DNA of 64,000 bases from Deltaproteobacteria bacterium (GTDB lineage: Bacteria; Myxococcota; Kuafuiibacteriia; Kuafuiibacteriales; Kuafuiibacteriaceae), in contig JAVJQW010000023.1 of NCBI GenBank assembly GCA_040218735.1, forward strand, positions 544,001 to 608,000, written 5' to 3'. The notes beneath the pieces were generated by a model. It was given only the letters and a program-made list of their open reading frames with translations, was not told where the DNA came from and made no database searches. This document shows, in pieces, positions 9,901 through 18,733 of this stretch; within the stretch, counting starts at the first letter, position 1, and every line of letters starts with the position of its first letter. Both the position numbers and the translations under genes were made by a program.

Positions 9901-11647
9901 TGTCTTCGCGCGGGCGATGTTCGGCGGCGACCACTACAACGCAGCCAGCGGCGAAGGGGCGCGCGACGCCCTCATCGGAGCGATCGACGGCGCACTCGCG
10001 GTTGCCTCGACCGCGCTGGCGGCGCGCGCCACGCGAATGATCGGTCTGTCGGGCCGCGCGCTCGCGCACGGGGCCGCCGAGACCGGCGGGCTGGCCGCGC
10101 AGCAGGCGACGCGCCCCTTCGGCCGGAGGCTCGCTGCGAGCGTGGTCGAAAACGCCATCGACGGTGTCGTCTCGGGCACGATCAGCGAGGGCGTCGTCGC
10201 GATGACGGACGACCGAACTTGGCGAAGCGGAATCTGGCAGGGCCTGATTCGTGTCGGGCAAGCCGCCCTGGTCGGTGGCCTGGCGGGGCTGGGTGGCGGC
10301 GCTGCGATGGGCGCGGTCACGACGATCGCCGGCCGGGGCGCGAGGGGGCTGCGCAATGCGCTGATCGGCGAGCCCGCCGAAGCCGCGATCGAGCGCGCAG
10401 GTGCACGCGAGACACTCGACGCGGCTCGACGCGCGAGCCAAGGCGGCAACTACGACGAAGCCCGTCGCCTCGTGGGAGAGCTCGAACCGCACTTGAACGC
10501 GCGGCAGATTCAATCGCTATTGAGCGAGCTCGGCGAGCCGCCACCTGGCGCGGTCCTCTTTCGACAGACGATCGAGCTGGATGGCGTGCGGCACACGCTG
10601 AAGTTGGTCGCTACGCAGGGCGACGAAGCGATCTTCGTCCTGTGCAGCAGCTGTCGCCACGCCGTGTCCGTCCTGTCGGACCTGATCCAGACCGCCGACG
10701 CCAGCGGACTGACCGCGCTCAAGCGAGAGTTGGAGATCGACCTCGCCCGGATGCAGGCGTTCGAGACCCGGCTGCGGAGCGGAACGCGGGTGCTCCCGCA
10801 GGAGCTTCGCGACGAGTTCACGCACCTCGCGGGTCGCCTACGCGGGCACGCGACGGCCAACCCCGCGATGGCCGACGATCTGAACCGCCTCTCCGGCGTT
10901 CGAATCGACGCGCCCGACAGCATCCCGGCGCCGACACCGCAGGCAGAGCAACGGATCCTGTCGCAGCTCCGGCGCGCCAGCATCCCAACGCCCGATGACC
11001 CGATGGTTCCACTGTCCGACTTGGTCGGGGCGTTCACTCGCGCGCAGGATCTCGGTACGGAGGTCGCGCAGCATTACCGATCGATGCTCGACCGACGGCT
11101 GGTCGACGATCTCGAATCGGTCATCCGGCGACGCCGCGCCATTCAGGCGACGGACCCCGCGGCACGGTCTGCGGCCGACACCGCATACCTCCACGGCGGA
11201 GCCGCGCGGGACCTCGAGACGATCGGGGATGCCGCGCGGGACGTCGGGATCGACCTGCGCCCGCTTCGCGGCATCCACGGGCCCACCGTCGATCCGGCCA
11301 CCCTCCGGGGCGACGCCGGGCGCGCCTACCGACACATCGTGTCGGGAGGCTCTGACGCGCGACATCTTCAGGTGGCGAGCCGCGAGGAGGCAGAGCAGCT
11401 GCTGCGCGCCCTCCGAGGCAACTTCCCCGACCTCGCCGACGCCACGGGCTTCATCCCGTCGCACTCCAAGAGGCTCCTGGGTTCGAAGGATCGAATCTTC
11501 CACTGGGACGACATGGTCGGGGCGGATGGCCGGACGTTGATCGACCACCCGACCGGACACGACCACGCGCGTTTTCGACACCTCCAGATCCACATTGGTG
11601 ATAGCCAATATCGTATCAACTGGGGCGACCCACTCTTCGACCCATGA
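6983..11647 (+). CDS. DUF4157 (eCIS-core) domain protein with hydrophobic central region and His-rich C-terminal putative toxin domain
   Basis: AHAFTANNRVAF...AAHEAAHVVQQ...WERHADAVA is DUF4157-like; Ala/Gly-rich hydrophobic stretch; C-terminal FHWDD...H..GHDH...HLQIH. Start uncertain: in-frame GTG at 7112 fits the sigma54 motif. Confidence 0.85.
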   Translation: MIEASNPPSDTGSLRTQLGHERPTPSPTNAAPSAGICDAATRDVGDRPHREHLPARRPRRRPAPSAATPRPTMAPPCPCASCTSKRAQRAAADGVRGAERSLPHLSRVQAAFGPHDLSDVRAKVGETPTTRLLSAHAFTANNRVAFAREPNLRLAAHEAAHVVQQRAGVVPAGLGRRNDRWERHADAVANAVAGGRSATPLLSGLPRRAPSKDAVQREHEGGTDTDLGAVVDRMVAAYRTGDVADVAAELQGKSVTQLRLMRSLFDENASADLARWFASRTSSTTASTIATVAGVILGTLPGATLLAPLIPLGTTMVVQSGASDRAAAETGLRRLWPALPLIDRLEIYMNQFTEIEQAQLDIIRSASAEERSTARREYARLLAVYAAMSPAEEYEARKLMDPDDMEFSVGRLIVRASGFFMDDEDPVFDAFMDLTRTQRESVWRTHNGGLYRLLSLQRFNLLQTLVHGTEAEALVARLRLATDNRMDDMDAVGRVVERARHLLREQATLRAQIASESLSGPDLTAANARLRQLGELESLLEVERTSEGDIDTTTFMGRLYQASGSGDQFGTWARSLGADPEEIAKQRIIAASGAFVDASAIQRALMDIQVQLEPGPPDETPAQLQIRQRRANNDARTRVLEDTRVQAILRRLGHQGPSGGGELADVRRLAGATRYDELVSEFDEARRALRWSQMYRATLEIAQTDAYRSQFRTDSRQAWSAYSWLNGARKDIVDRILDTRRIPINLVLESTGNVESLQAILSTLDERTRGELRLGYWLDRTERTPADDTQRTALTAFRDFERRVRASQSLGVASVEIETAAGTVSRSGVQDILDAALGAAPTEEEMDSDEGRFRAAELLYHRQRERLALRRGLAAAFSETDETMVAAAREFAALWLRIEGTGRVSTTNFAALSRLHERFEGRAREFDEANNRIGEIAGIVASTVAALVVVAATGGAATVPAIAAAAAAGASGRVFARAMFGGDHYNAASGEGARDALIGAIDGALAVASTALAARATRMIGLSGRALAHGAAETGGLAAQQATRPFGRRLAASVVENAIDGVVSGTISEGVVAMTDDRTWRSGIWQGLIRVGQAALVGGLAGLGGGAAMGAVTTIAGRGARGLRNALIGEPAEAAIERAGARETLDAARRASQGGNYDEARRLVGELEPHLNARQIQSLLSELGEPPPGAVLFRQTIELDGVRHTLKLVATQGDEAIFVLCSSCRHAVSVLSDLIQTADASGLTALKRELEIDLARMQAFETRLRSGTRVLPQELRDEFTHLAGRLRGHATANPAMADDLNRLSGVRIDAPDSIPAPTPQAEQRILSQLRRASIPTPDDPMVPLSDLVGAFTRAQDLGTEVAQHYRSMLDRRLVDDLESVIRRRRAIQATDPAARSAADTAYLHGGAARDLETIGDAARDVGIDLRPLRGIHGPTVDPATLRGDAGRAYRHIVSGGSDARHLQVASREEAEQLLRALRGNFPDLADATGFIPSHSKRLLGSKDRIFHWDDMVGADGRTLIDHPTGHDHARFRHLQIHIGDSQYRINWGDPLFDP
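7084..7099 (+). promoter_or_regulatory. sigma54 -24/-12 promoter motif
   Basis: TGGCATCTGCGATGCA (GG-N10-GC); in-frame GTG follows after 12 nt at 7112. Confidence 0.55.
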
Positions 11648-12006
11648 CTCGCCGAAACCACCAACACCTGACGTCCGACGTCATCGCCGCCCTACGGAAG
11701 GGTCAGACGAGCTCGGTCGAGCTACCCACGGAGCGCCCTGGCCACCGCGCCTGGGTCGGCGTACACGCCCGGTTTCCTCGAGGCGTGCGGATCGCGGACG
11801 CGGAACCCAACGGCTTCCACGTCCGGCGCTTTGCGATATCGGACGAATGGATCGCTTGCGAGGGGTACCCGGTCGTCCAGGACGCGGTGGACTTCGTAGG
11901 CTTCGATGCCGCCACCCTCGACGAGCTCGACGCCAAGCTCGACACACTCCTTCCGGCCGGGGCGATGCTGCGCCCCGACGGCGTCGACTCGGATTACCCG
12001 TTCTGA
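11644..12006 (+). CDS. Putative immunity protein (120 aa)
   Basis: ATGA overlap with the stop of the DUF4157 gene; small, no signal peptide, acidic C-terminal half ending DSDYPF. Function inferred from position. Confidence 0.6.
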   Translation: MTRRNHQHLTSDVIAALRKGQTSSVELPTERPGHRAWVGVHARFPRGVRIADAEPNGFHVRRFAISDEWIACEGYPVVQDAVDFVGFDAATLDELDAKLDTLLPAGAMLRPDGVDSDYPF

Positions 12007-12056
12007 CTCACACGTCGGATTGACTCTGCGCGGCGCGGGGGCCACACGTCCCGCCC

Positions 12057-13544
12057 ATGGCAAGAAACGTCCCTGCGGTCGGATTGTTCGTCGTCGCGTT
12101 GTTCGGCTGCGACTCCGACGCGTACATCGTGCAGAGCGCCCTGATCTCTGCCGTCCCGGCGACGGTGGACTTCGGCGTCGTTCCGGTCGGATCGACGGCC
12201 CGCCGGGAGTTGGTGCTGGCGAACGCCGGGACCCTCCCCACGCGGGTGGACGGGATCGTGGTCGAACCGGCGACCGACGTCTTTCGGACGACCGACGACG
12301 TGATGCGGCTCGATCCGCTGCAGGAGCATCGCCTGGAGATCACGTTCGCACCGGTCGTCGGCGGAGAGCACGCGGCGACGCTGCGGGTCTCGAGCAGCGC
12401 GGACCGTGGCGAGCTCGACGTCGTCCTGAAGGGATCGACGGAGTCGTTCACGCACTGCTCGACGTGTGCGGAACCTCGTCCGCGACCCGACCCCTGTGGC
12501 GGTCCATCGCAGCCGCAGATCCTTCCGCCCGACGCACGCAACGTGTCGCGGAGCGCCCTGTCGTGGGACGGCGATGCGTACACGGCGACCTACGCGGTGG
12601 AGGCCAACGGTACATCGGACCTCCACCGGCTCCGGATCTCTCGTGGGGGATCCGTCGAACGAACGGAGGTCCTCCGCCGCGACGTGAATGACGTGGTCGT
12701 CGCGCCGACGAGCGGTGGACACGTGGTGGCCTACCGCGAGGGTTGGACGGACGGCGCGACCTTCGCGCGCGTGGACGAAACGGGGACGGTGACCTTCGAA
12801 CGGCGCTTCGACGCCGACTTCATCGAGGCGGTCGCGGTCGACGGCGCCGAGCAGCAAGCGTTCGTGTACATGGTCGAACGATCGACCCCCGAAAATGGCG
12901 ACGAGCGCGACCTCTGGATCACCGTGCTCGACGACGAAGGTGGGTCACGCCTGCCCCCCACGCAAATCGACGCCAGCGGCGAACAACCCATCGCCGCGGG
13001 GGTCGTCGCCGTGCCCGGCGGTTGGACCGTCGTCTACACCATCTCCGTCGACGAGCGTGTGCGGGGACGCAGCGTCCACGTCACGGCGTCCGGTCAGGTC
13101 GGACCGCGATCGTCCGTCGCGGGTGACGCCGCGTCGGTGCGCTTCGAACGCAACCGCGGAATGGCCGTCGGGACAGACGACATTCTGATCACCTACGTCG
13201 ATGGGTTCGTCGAACCTCACAGCGTTCACGCGCAGCGCCTGACCCTACAGGGCGCGCCCCTCGAGCTGCCGCTACCGATCGTCGAGCGAATCGCCGCCGC
13301 CGCTTCGGCGACCGCGCACCGGATCGACGCGCGCTGGTTCATCGCGTGGCAGGACTTTCGTCATGACCGGCAGCGCAGCGACCTCTACGTGAGCGAGGTC
13401 GGCGGCACACCGCGCCGCGTGCCGAACACGGTCGGAGGAGGCTTCGAAGCCTCCTTCGCGTTCAACGGCTGTGACGCCGCGGTGCTGTCCACGCACGACA
13501 TCGAAGGCTACGGGCGTCTGGTGTTCGACACGATCGAGCTGTGA
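12057..13544 (+). CDS. Lipoprotein with ASH/Ig-like (choice-of-anchor D-type) domain and probable beta-propeller
   Basis: Lipobox LFGC; PATVDFGVVPVG...LVLANAG...ITFAP...ATLRVSS; repeated beta-rich blades with W/Y. Confidence 0.7.
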   Translation: MARNVPAVGLFVVALFGCDSDAYIVQSALISAVPATVDFGVVPVGSTARRELVLANAGTLPTRVDGIVVEPATDVFRTTDDVMRLDPLQEHRLEITFAPVVGGEHAATLRVSSSADRGELDVVLKGSTESFTHCSTCAEPRPRPDPCGGPSQPQILPPDARNVSRSALSWDGDAYTATYAVEANGTSDLHRLRISRGGSVERTEVLRRDVNDVVVAPTSGGHVVAYREGWTDGATFARVDETGTVTFERRFDADFIEAVAVDGAEQQAFVYMVERSTPENGDERDLWITVLDDEGGSRLPPTQIDASGEQPIAAGVVAVPGGWTVVYTISVDERVRGRSVHVTASGQVGPRSSVAGDAASVRFERNRGMAVGTDDILITYVDGFVEPHSVHAQRLTLQGAPLELPLPIVERIAAAASATAHRIDARWFIAWQDFRHDRQRSDLYVSEVGGTPRRVPNTVGGGFEASFAFNGCDAAVLSTHDIEGYGRLVFDTIEL

Positions 13545-13593
13545 CGTGCGTCTGGCAACGGGCGGGGACGCGGACCGAGGCTTCGGAGCTCGC

Positions 13594-16500
13594 TCAGGGC
13601 AGATAGGTCATCGGCACCTGCTCCGTGACGAGCCCCAGCGTTCCGCCCGTCAGCCACATGTAGTCCGAGAGCCGGACACGCACCCGCCAGCGCGGACCGT
13701 CTTCCAACTCGGGCATCCGCGTTACGTCCCGGCCCGCCGTCGCGACGAAGGTGGTAGTGCCGCGCGGGTGGGTCTCCGGGGTCATGAGATCCAGGAGCGC
13801 CGCGGGGACGACGCCGGTGCCGAGCGCACCGTCGAACGAACACACGATCGAGACGTACTGCGGGACCAGCTGCTGAACGCGAACGTCGATCGTGTGGCCG
13901 GCTGCAGTCTGCCAAGCGATGGGCAGCGGGTCGCCGGGCGGGGGGACGACGATCGTCGAGAAGCCGTTGACCCCTGGCGCGGTGAGCTCCACCGCGGGGG
14001 TCGGTGGCAACACGTCCGCGGCAAACGCCGGGAACGTGTCGGTGCCGGCGAAGTCGACGTGCAGCGGCTGGCCGGCGACGAACACCGAGCGGCGCGTATC
14101 TTGGAAGCTGTATCGGCCGAGCAGACCCGGATCGACGGCGATGTCGAACGCACCGCCCGTGATCGTGAGGCGCCCCGCGTCCTCGCCGCGCGGTGGCGTG
14201 GCCTCCCCCGCACACACGAGCGCGGTGCAATCACCCGCGCGGGTCGTGCTGCACTCGGAGGGGAACGGCGAGCCGGCGATGAACTGCGCCGCGACCGCCG
14301 TCCGTGGCGTGCCTCCGGGGAGACGTGTGCTCTGCACGTCGCCGGCGTGAACGACGACGGCACCCTCGTGTGGGGCGAGCCGCAGGACGAAGCGCCCGAC
14401 GCTCTTCAGATCCGCGCGCCGCGCGCTCTGGGCGCGGCGCGTGACGGAGAGCTCGAAGTCACCGACCGTCTCCGTCTCGAGGACTCGGATCGTGAGGGCG
14501 TCGTCCCGCCACGCGACGAGCTCCAGCCAGGGCGGCAGCGTCGTGCTCCCGTCGACTTCGAGGACGCCGGTGGCGTCACCCAGATCGCGACCGGCGATGA
14601 CCAGTGTCTGGTCCTCCAGCGGGTTCGCCGTCGCGACGAGATCCTCCGCGTTCATCGGCGGTGACAACTCGAGGATCGGGACGCGGCGGCACCAGTTCGA
14701 CGCGCTGTCGTAACCGTGGGTCGGGATCTTGTCGCCGACCACGTTTGTCTCTCGAGCTCGCGCGAGGCGATGAGGCCGCTCGACGTAGCCGGGGTCGAGG
14801 TAGTACGGGACGTCCGGATCCGTGTCGCCGTCGGTCTCGACGAGCCCGTATCGAGCGCAGATCGGCTCCGCGACGATCCGCTCGGTTCCGTCGCCGATCG
14901 GGTAGCGGTGCTCCTCGGCGCGCGCTCCCGTGTAGCGCGGGTCCGTGCCGCGGTAGACGCGGTCCGCGAGGTAGGCGCAGACCTCCACGTTGAGGCCGTC
15001 GCGAGTGTTCGATCGAACCTCGCGGAGCGCGTCGAGGATCGGGCGCGGCGAGAGCGTCGCATCCTCGCTGCACCACCAATCCGTGTGGGCGCGATTGAAG
15101 AAGCCGAACACACTCGCTTTGTCGCGGCCGGGCCGGTTGTCCACCCGCGTCCAGTCCGCGTCGGCGAGCGGTGCGGTGGGGAGCGTCGCGAAGTCGACCG
15201 GCTCCACGAAGTCCGGGACGTGGAGGAGGCGCGGGTCGTTCCCCGGCGGAGTCTTTTCGAACGTGCCGAGGCCGGGGAGGTCGAGGCCTTCGACGACCTG
15301 GTTGCGTGCGACGTCGGTGCACGTCGGGCAAGCGCGAGCGCGCTTCAGCAACCGCCAGTAAAGACGCGTCCGATCGCGTGCGTCGGGGGTGAAGCTCGGG
15401 AGCGCCTCGAACACGCCCTCGCCGAAGCGGCGGAGGAAGTCCAACAACTCAGCGACGGGGTGACTCGGTGGCTCCGCGGGACGCGAGAACTCATAGCGGA
15501 GGAACGCGCCGGTGAGTTTGCCGAGCGGACCCTCGATATCGAAGGACGCACTCCCGTACGCCTGGATCCCCAGCCCGGACGACAGCCCCCTCAGCATCGC
15601 GCGGTTCGTCGCCCACCCCTGCCAGCAGCGACGCTCGGTGCCGAGGTCGTGACCTTCGCGGATTTGCAGCTTCAACGTGCCGTAGGCGCCGTCGATTCGC
15701 GGGAGCTCGCGAATGACTTCCGTCCACCCCTGGGCGGCGCAGAAGAACAGCTCGCGCCGCTGCTCGAGGACGTCGAGCTCGTAAGTTTGGGCTCCGTCGA
15801 CGTCTCGGTAGGTTCCTTCCAGGAAGTCGGTCGCGCGGAAGTCACCGACGCCGAAGAAGGTCTGTTCGCCATCGGGGAAGCGGCGCCACGTCATCGGATG
15901 TAGCTCGCGTCGCTCGTTGTTGGGGTCGCCGGTGATGACGACCTCCGGCGAGCAGAGGAGGTCTCGACTGAGACCAGGAGCCAACGCAGCGGTCACGGCT
16001 TCGTGTCCGTGGATCATCCCGGCGATGGCACCGACGTACGCGCTCGCGTTGGGGTCGGTTCGGATCGGCGGCGCCAGCAGCGCCGCCCAGTCGGGTCCGT
16101 TCCAGCGTTCCCACATGTGGCCGGACGACCAACGGTCCTGCAGGAAGTGTTGCCCGATCGCTTCGTAGGTGAGCGCTTCGAGCTCGGCCTCTTTGACGTA
16201 GTCGGACCACGCCACGACTTCGTTGGGCCCGACGGATTCGATGTTCCGATACAGGTCCGCGGCGCGCTTCGCGAGGCGGACGGCGATGGCGTGGTAGTGC
16301 CGGTAGTTCAGGCTCGCCTGACTCCCGAAGTGCGAGCTGTTGAACACCGCGCCCATCCACAGCCCGTAGTCGTGGCAGTCGTCGTGGCGATCCGCGGTAG
16401 GCGGGAGCGGCGGACACAGTCGGTGCCGATTGATCCAGTCGTAGAGCGTGTAGCTGACGTCCGGGAGCCCCGCGAATTGAGCGGGCGCGGGGAGACGACG

Positions 16501-16854
16501 CTCCTGGAGCGAGGTCTTGGGTTCGTCGCCGGGGATCCGACCGGGGCCGTTCACGAGCGTCCCCAGGTTCCAACGTACGTCGCGCCTGAAGTAGCTGGCG
16601 TTGAGGTCGACGACGGTGAAGTTCAACCCGCGGTCCGTGCGGATCGGGCTGTCGGCGAGCCCCATGCCATCGAGCGTCCAATCGGCGAGGAACGCATGTT
16701 CGTTTCGTCCGGCCCGAGTGTCGAGATAGAGCGAACGCCACTCTTCCTCGTCGAGCGCTTCCAACGACGAGGTTCGCGTGTCCCACGCCTCGGCCGATCC
16801 GATGCTGGCGACGAAGACGAGCGTCGCGATCGCAAAGATCCGCGCGGCGCTCAC
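13594..16854 (-). CDS. Secreted zinc-dependent phospholipase C / P1-nuclease-fold protein with C-terminal Ig-like domains (~1086 aa)
   Basis: Likely GTG start at 16854 (GTGA overlap); signal peptide ending AEA followed by Trp; NEH, NSSHF and HFLQDRWSSGH motifs; IPT-like LVIAGRDLG segment. Confidence 0.6.
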   Translation of the reverse strand: MSAARIFAIATLVFVASIGSAEAWDTRTSSLEALDEEEWRSLYLDTRAGRNEHAFLADWTLDGMGLADSPIRTDRGLNFTVVDLNASYFRRDVRWNLGTLVNGPGRIPGDEPKTSLQERRLPAPAQFAGLPDVSYTLYDWINRHRLCPPLPPTADRHDDCHDYGLWMGAVFNSSHFGSQASLNYRHYHAIAVRLAKRAADLYRNIESVGPNEVVAWSDYVKEAELEALTYEAIGQHFLQDRWSSGHMWERWNGPDWAALLAPPIRTDPNASAYVGAIAGMIHGHEAVTAALAPGLSRDLLCSPEVVITGDPNNERRELHPMTWRRFPDGEQTFFGVGDFRATDFLEGTYRDVDGAQTYELDVLEQRRELFFCAAQGWTEVIRELPRIDGAYGTLKLQIREGHDLGTERRCWQGWATNRAMLRGLSSGLGIQAYGSASFDIEGPLGKLTGAFLRYEFSRPAEPPSHPVAELLDFLRRFGEGVFEALPSFTPDARDRTRLYWRLLKRARACPTCTDVARNQVVEGLDLPGLGTFEKTPPGNDPRLLHVPDFVEPVDFATLPTAPLADADWTRVDNRPGRDKASVFGFFNRAHTDWWCSEDATLSPRPILDALREVRSNTRDGLNVEVCAYLADRVYRGTDPRYTGARAEEHRYPIGDGTERIVAEPICARYGLVETDGDTDPDVPYYLDPGYVERPHRLARARETNVVGDKIPTHGYDSASNWCRRVPILELSPPMNAEDLVATANPLEDQTLVIAGRDLGDATGVLEVDGSTTLPPWLELVAWRDDALTIRVLETETVGDFELSVTRRAQSARRADLKSVGRFVLRLAPHEGAVVVHAGDVQSTRLPGGTPRTAVAAQFIAGSPFPSECSTTRAGDCTALVCAGEATPPRGEDAGRLTITGGAFDIAVDPGLLGRYSFQDTRRSVFVAGQPLHVDFAGTDTFPAFAADVLPPTPAVELTAPGVNGFSTIVVPPPGDPLPIAWQTAAGHTIDVRVQQLVPQYVSIVCSFDGALGTGVVPAALLDLMTPETHPRGTTTFVATAGRDVTRMPELEDGPRWRVRVRLSDYMWLTGGTLGLVTEQVPMTYLP

Positions 16855-17288
16855 GAGCTGCGCTCCCCGGCGCGCGGCGCGCACGGTGCATCGTCCGCGA
16901 CGAAGACCGCCTCGAAGGCGTCGAGCGCTTCCACGTCGTCGACGGCGTCGCGCTTCGCCCACTCTGCCTTGCAGACCTCGGGGCACTCCGCGACCTCGAC
17001 GCACGTCGCGAGTGATGTGTCGCTCGCCGCGCAGGCGCCGAAGGTGAGGACACATCGTGTCCACTGCACGATCGAGTCGTCGACGGCAGGATCGTAGACG
17101 AATCGAACGGCGCCGCCGTGCGTGCTGCCGGGGTGGATCGCGACTTCGACGCAGGCCTCGCAGGTGGGGTCGAAGGGTCGCGTCGTCGGAGCCCAGGGCT
17201 CCGCGAGCGTCGGGGGCGGCGCTTCGGTAGGTGCCTTGGAGGCACAGCCCACCGCGAAGAGGGTCAGGAGCAGAGTCTTGGATCGCAT
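16851..17288 (-). CDS. Small Cys-rich lipoprotein (145 aa)
   Basis: MRSKTLLLTLFAVGC lipobox, several paired Cys, translationally coupled to the PLC-like gene. Confidence 0.75.
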   Translation of the reverse strand: MRSKTLLLTLFAVGCASKAPTEAPPPTLAEPWAPTTRPFDPTCEACVEVAIHPGSTHGGAVRFVYDPAVDDSIVQWTRCVLTFGACAASDTSLATCVEVAECPEVCKAEWAKRDAVDDVEALDAFEAVFVADDAPCAPRAGERSS

Positions 17289-17301
17289 GAGGCGACGCGA
17301 G

Positions 17302-17317
17302 TGCACGGACCGCGCCG
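17302..17317 (-). promoter_or_regulatory. sigma54 -24/-12 promoter motif
   Basis: CGGCGCGGTCCGTGCA (GG-N10-GC); ATG at 17288 follows after 13 nt. Confidence 0.55.
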
Positions 17318-17347
17318 TGTTCTTCGCCGCCATCCGGGCGCCGTGTT

Positions 17348-17390
17348 GTGCACGGTCGTGCACGACCGTCGAGCACGACCGTGCACGACC
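17348..17390. repeat. Four near-tandem 10-bp repeats (GTGCACGACC consensus) containing an 18-bp palindrome; probable regulator binding site
   Basis: GTGCACGGTC GTGCACGACC gtc GAGCACGACC GTGCACGACC; palindrome ACGGTCGTGCACGACCGT at 17352-17369; between two divergent sigma54 motifs. Confidence 0.75.
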
Positions 17391-17417
17391 GCGAACAGGA
17401 GCGCGCCCGGCGCGGCG

Positions 17418-17433
17418 TGGCACCGCGAGTGCA
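17418..17433 (+). promoter_or_regulatory. sigma54 -24/-12 promoter motif
   Basis: TGGCACCGCGAGTGCA, close to consensus TGGCAC-N5-TTGCW; ATG at 17447 follows after 13 nt. Confidence 0.7.
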
Positions 17434-17446
17434 CTGTCGACGCGCC

Positions 17447-18709
17447 ATGTCACTTCCGAGAGCCCGCTTCATCGCCCTGACCCTGTTCCTCACTGCGGCC
17501 GCCCCCTGCAGCTCCACGTCGACGGCGCCCGGCATGGCCGGCGTCGACGGCGGCATGCCAGCCAGCCCCCGCGAGACGGCGTGCGCCGACGCGGTCGACA
17601 ACGACGGCAACGGTCTCACCGACTGCGACGATCCCGCGTGCGCCGCCGATCCGCTCTGCGACGTACCCGAGCCCTGTCCGCGAAACGACCCCAACTGCGA
17701 CGAGACGCCGGTCGAGATCTGCGACAACGCCATGGACGACGACGACGACACTCGGGTGGACTGCGACGATCCCGACTGCACGAACACGCCCGCGTGCAGC
17801 CCGCAGACGTGCCCCGGTCCTCAGGACGAGGTCGCCGCGTTCTTCGGCGTGGTGACACCTTCGCTCGCCCACCGCATCTGTCTGTACGATTCGTGCGGAC
17901 GCTCGCTCGGCGGGCAGCCGGTGGATCCACCCGCCGCGGATCCGGGGAGCCGAACCGCCGGGTTCATCGTGAACCCGGTCGCCGTCCCGGTCGAAGGCCC
18001 CGTGAAGTTGGCGGCCTTCCGCGCCTTCGACTTCGACGACGACGCCGGCTGTCCGGAGGACACGTTCCCAGCGAGCGCGCGGCTCGACCTAGAGATGCCG
18101 GCCGTCGCGTCGGACCGCGGCCGCCCGATCGTCCTCCTCGGCGGAGCGCCCGTGAATCCGGACGGCACGACGCGAGACATCTGCGGTCCGACGCGCGACC
18201 AGCCGTGCACCGAGACCGCGCCGGGGTTCTCGGTGTTCTACAGCGAATGCGCTCCCGACGCCGACCGCGCGACGGCGCGGGTGATCAACCTGTCGCCGAA
18301 CGCCGGCCCGATCACGGTCGAAGTGATCGACGACTTCTCGGATCCGGAGGTCACGGTCACCACGTTCGGCCCCGTGCCGTACGGCGGGACGACGGACTAC
18401 GTGGCGTTGTCCAAGCTCCCGGCGGACTCGAGCTTCCCGTTGGTCGAGGCCACGCTGCGCGTGAAGAACGCGTCGAACGAAGTCATCGCGACGCGTGTCC
18501 CGTTCGGGCCTGCGTTCCCCGACAGCGGCAGCCGAATGATGTGGACGGGCTTCTGTTACTCGATCCTGTTCACGGGCGAGGTCCGGAGCTTCGACGGCGC
18601 GCCGATCGCAGATCCGCCGGCCCTCTTCGTCGAGGACACTCCGCTGTGCGAGGTGTGGCGGTCGAGCGACCCGAGCGGGGAGCCGGCGCACTGGCCCATG
18701 TGTGAATAG
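17447..18709 (+). CDS. Exported Cys/Asp-rich protein with myxobacterial-type CxDxxDxDxDxxxDCDDPxC repeats and a DUF4397-like C-terminal domain
   Basis: Signal-like N-terminus; two repeats (CADAVDNDGNGLTDCDDPAC, CDNAMDDDDDTRVDCDDPDC); ARVINLSPNAGP...VPYGGTTDY. Confidence 0.7.
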   Translation: MSLPRARFIALTLFLTAAAPCSSTSTAPGMAGVDGGMPASPRETACADAVDNDGNGLTDCDDPACAADPLCDVPEPCPRNDPNCDETPVEICDNAMDDDDDTRVDCDDPDCTNTPACSPQTCPGPQDEVAAFFGVVTPSLAHRICLYDSCGRSLGGQPVDPPAADPGSRTAGFIVNPVAVPVEGPVKLAAFRAFDFDDDAGCPEDTFPASARLDLEMPAVASDRGRPIVLLGGAPVNPDGTTRDICGPTRDQPCTETAPGFSVFYSECAPDADRATARVINLSPNAGPITVEVIDDFSDPEVTVTTFGPVPYGGTTDYVALSKLPADSSFPLVEATLRVKNASNEVIATRVPFGPAFPDSGSRMMWTGFCYSILFTGEVRSFDGAPIADPPALFVEDTPLCEVWRSSDPSGEPAHWPMCE

Positions 18710-18733
18710 GCGGCGGGGCTCGCCCAAGTAGGC

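Noticed and set aside
8695-10998. 767-aa Arg-rich ORF inside the DUF4157 gene
   Set aside because: Alternate-frame shadow typical of high-GC DNA; no recognisable motifs.
17348-17390. Possible CRISPR array
   Set aside because: Units are 10 bp with no spacers and there are no cas genes; better explained as an operator/enhancer.
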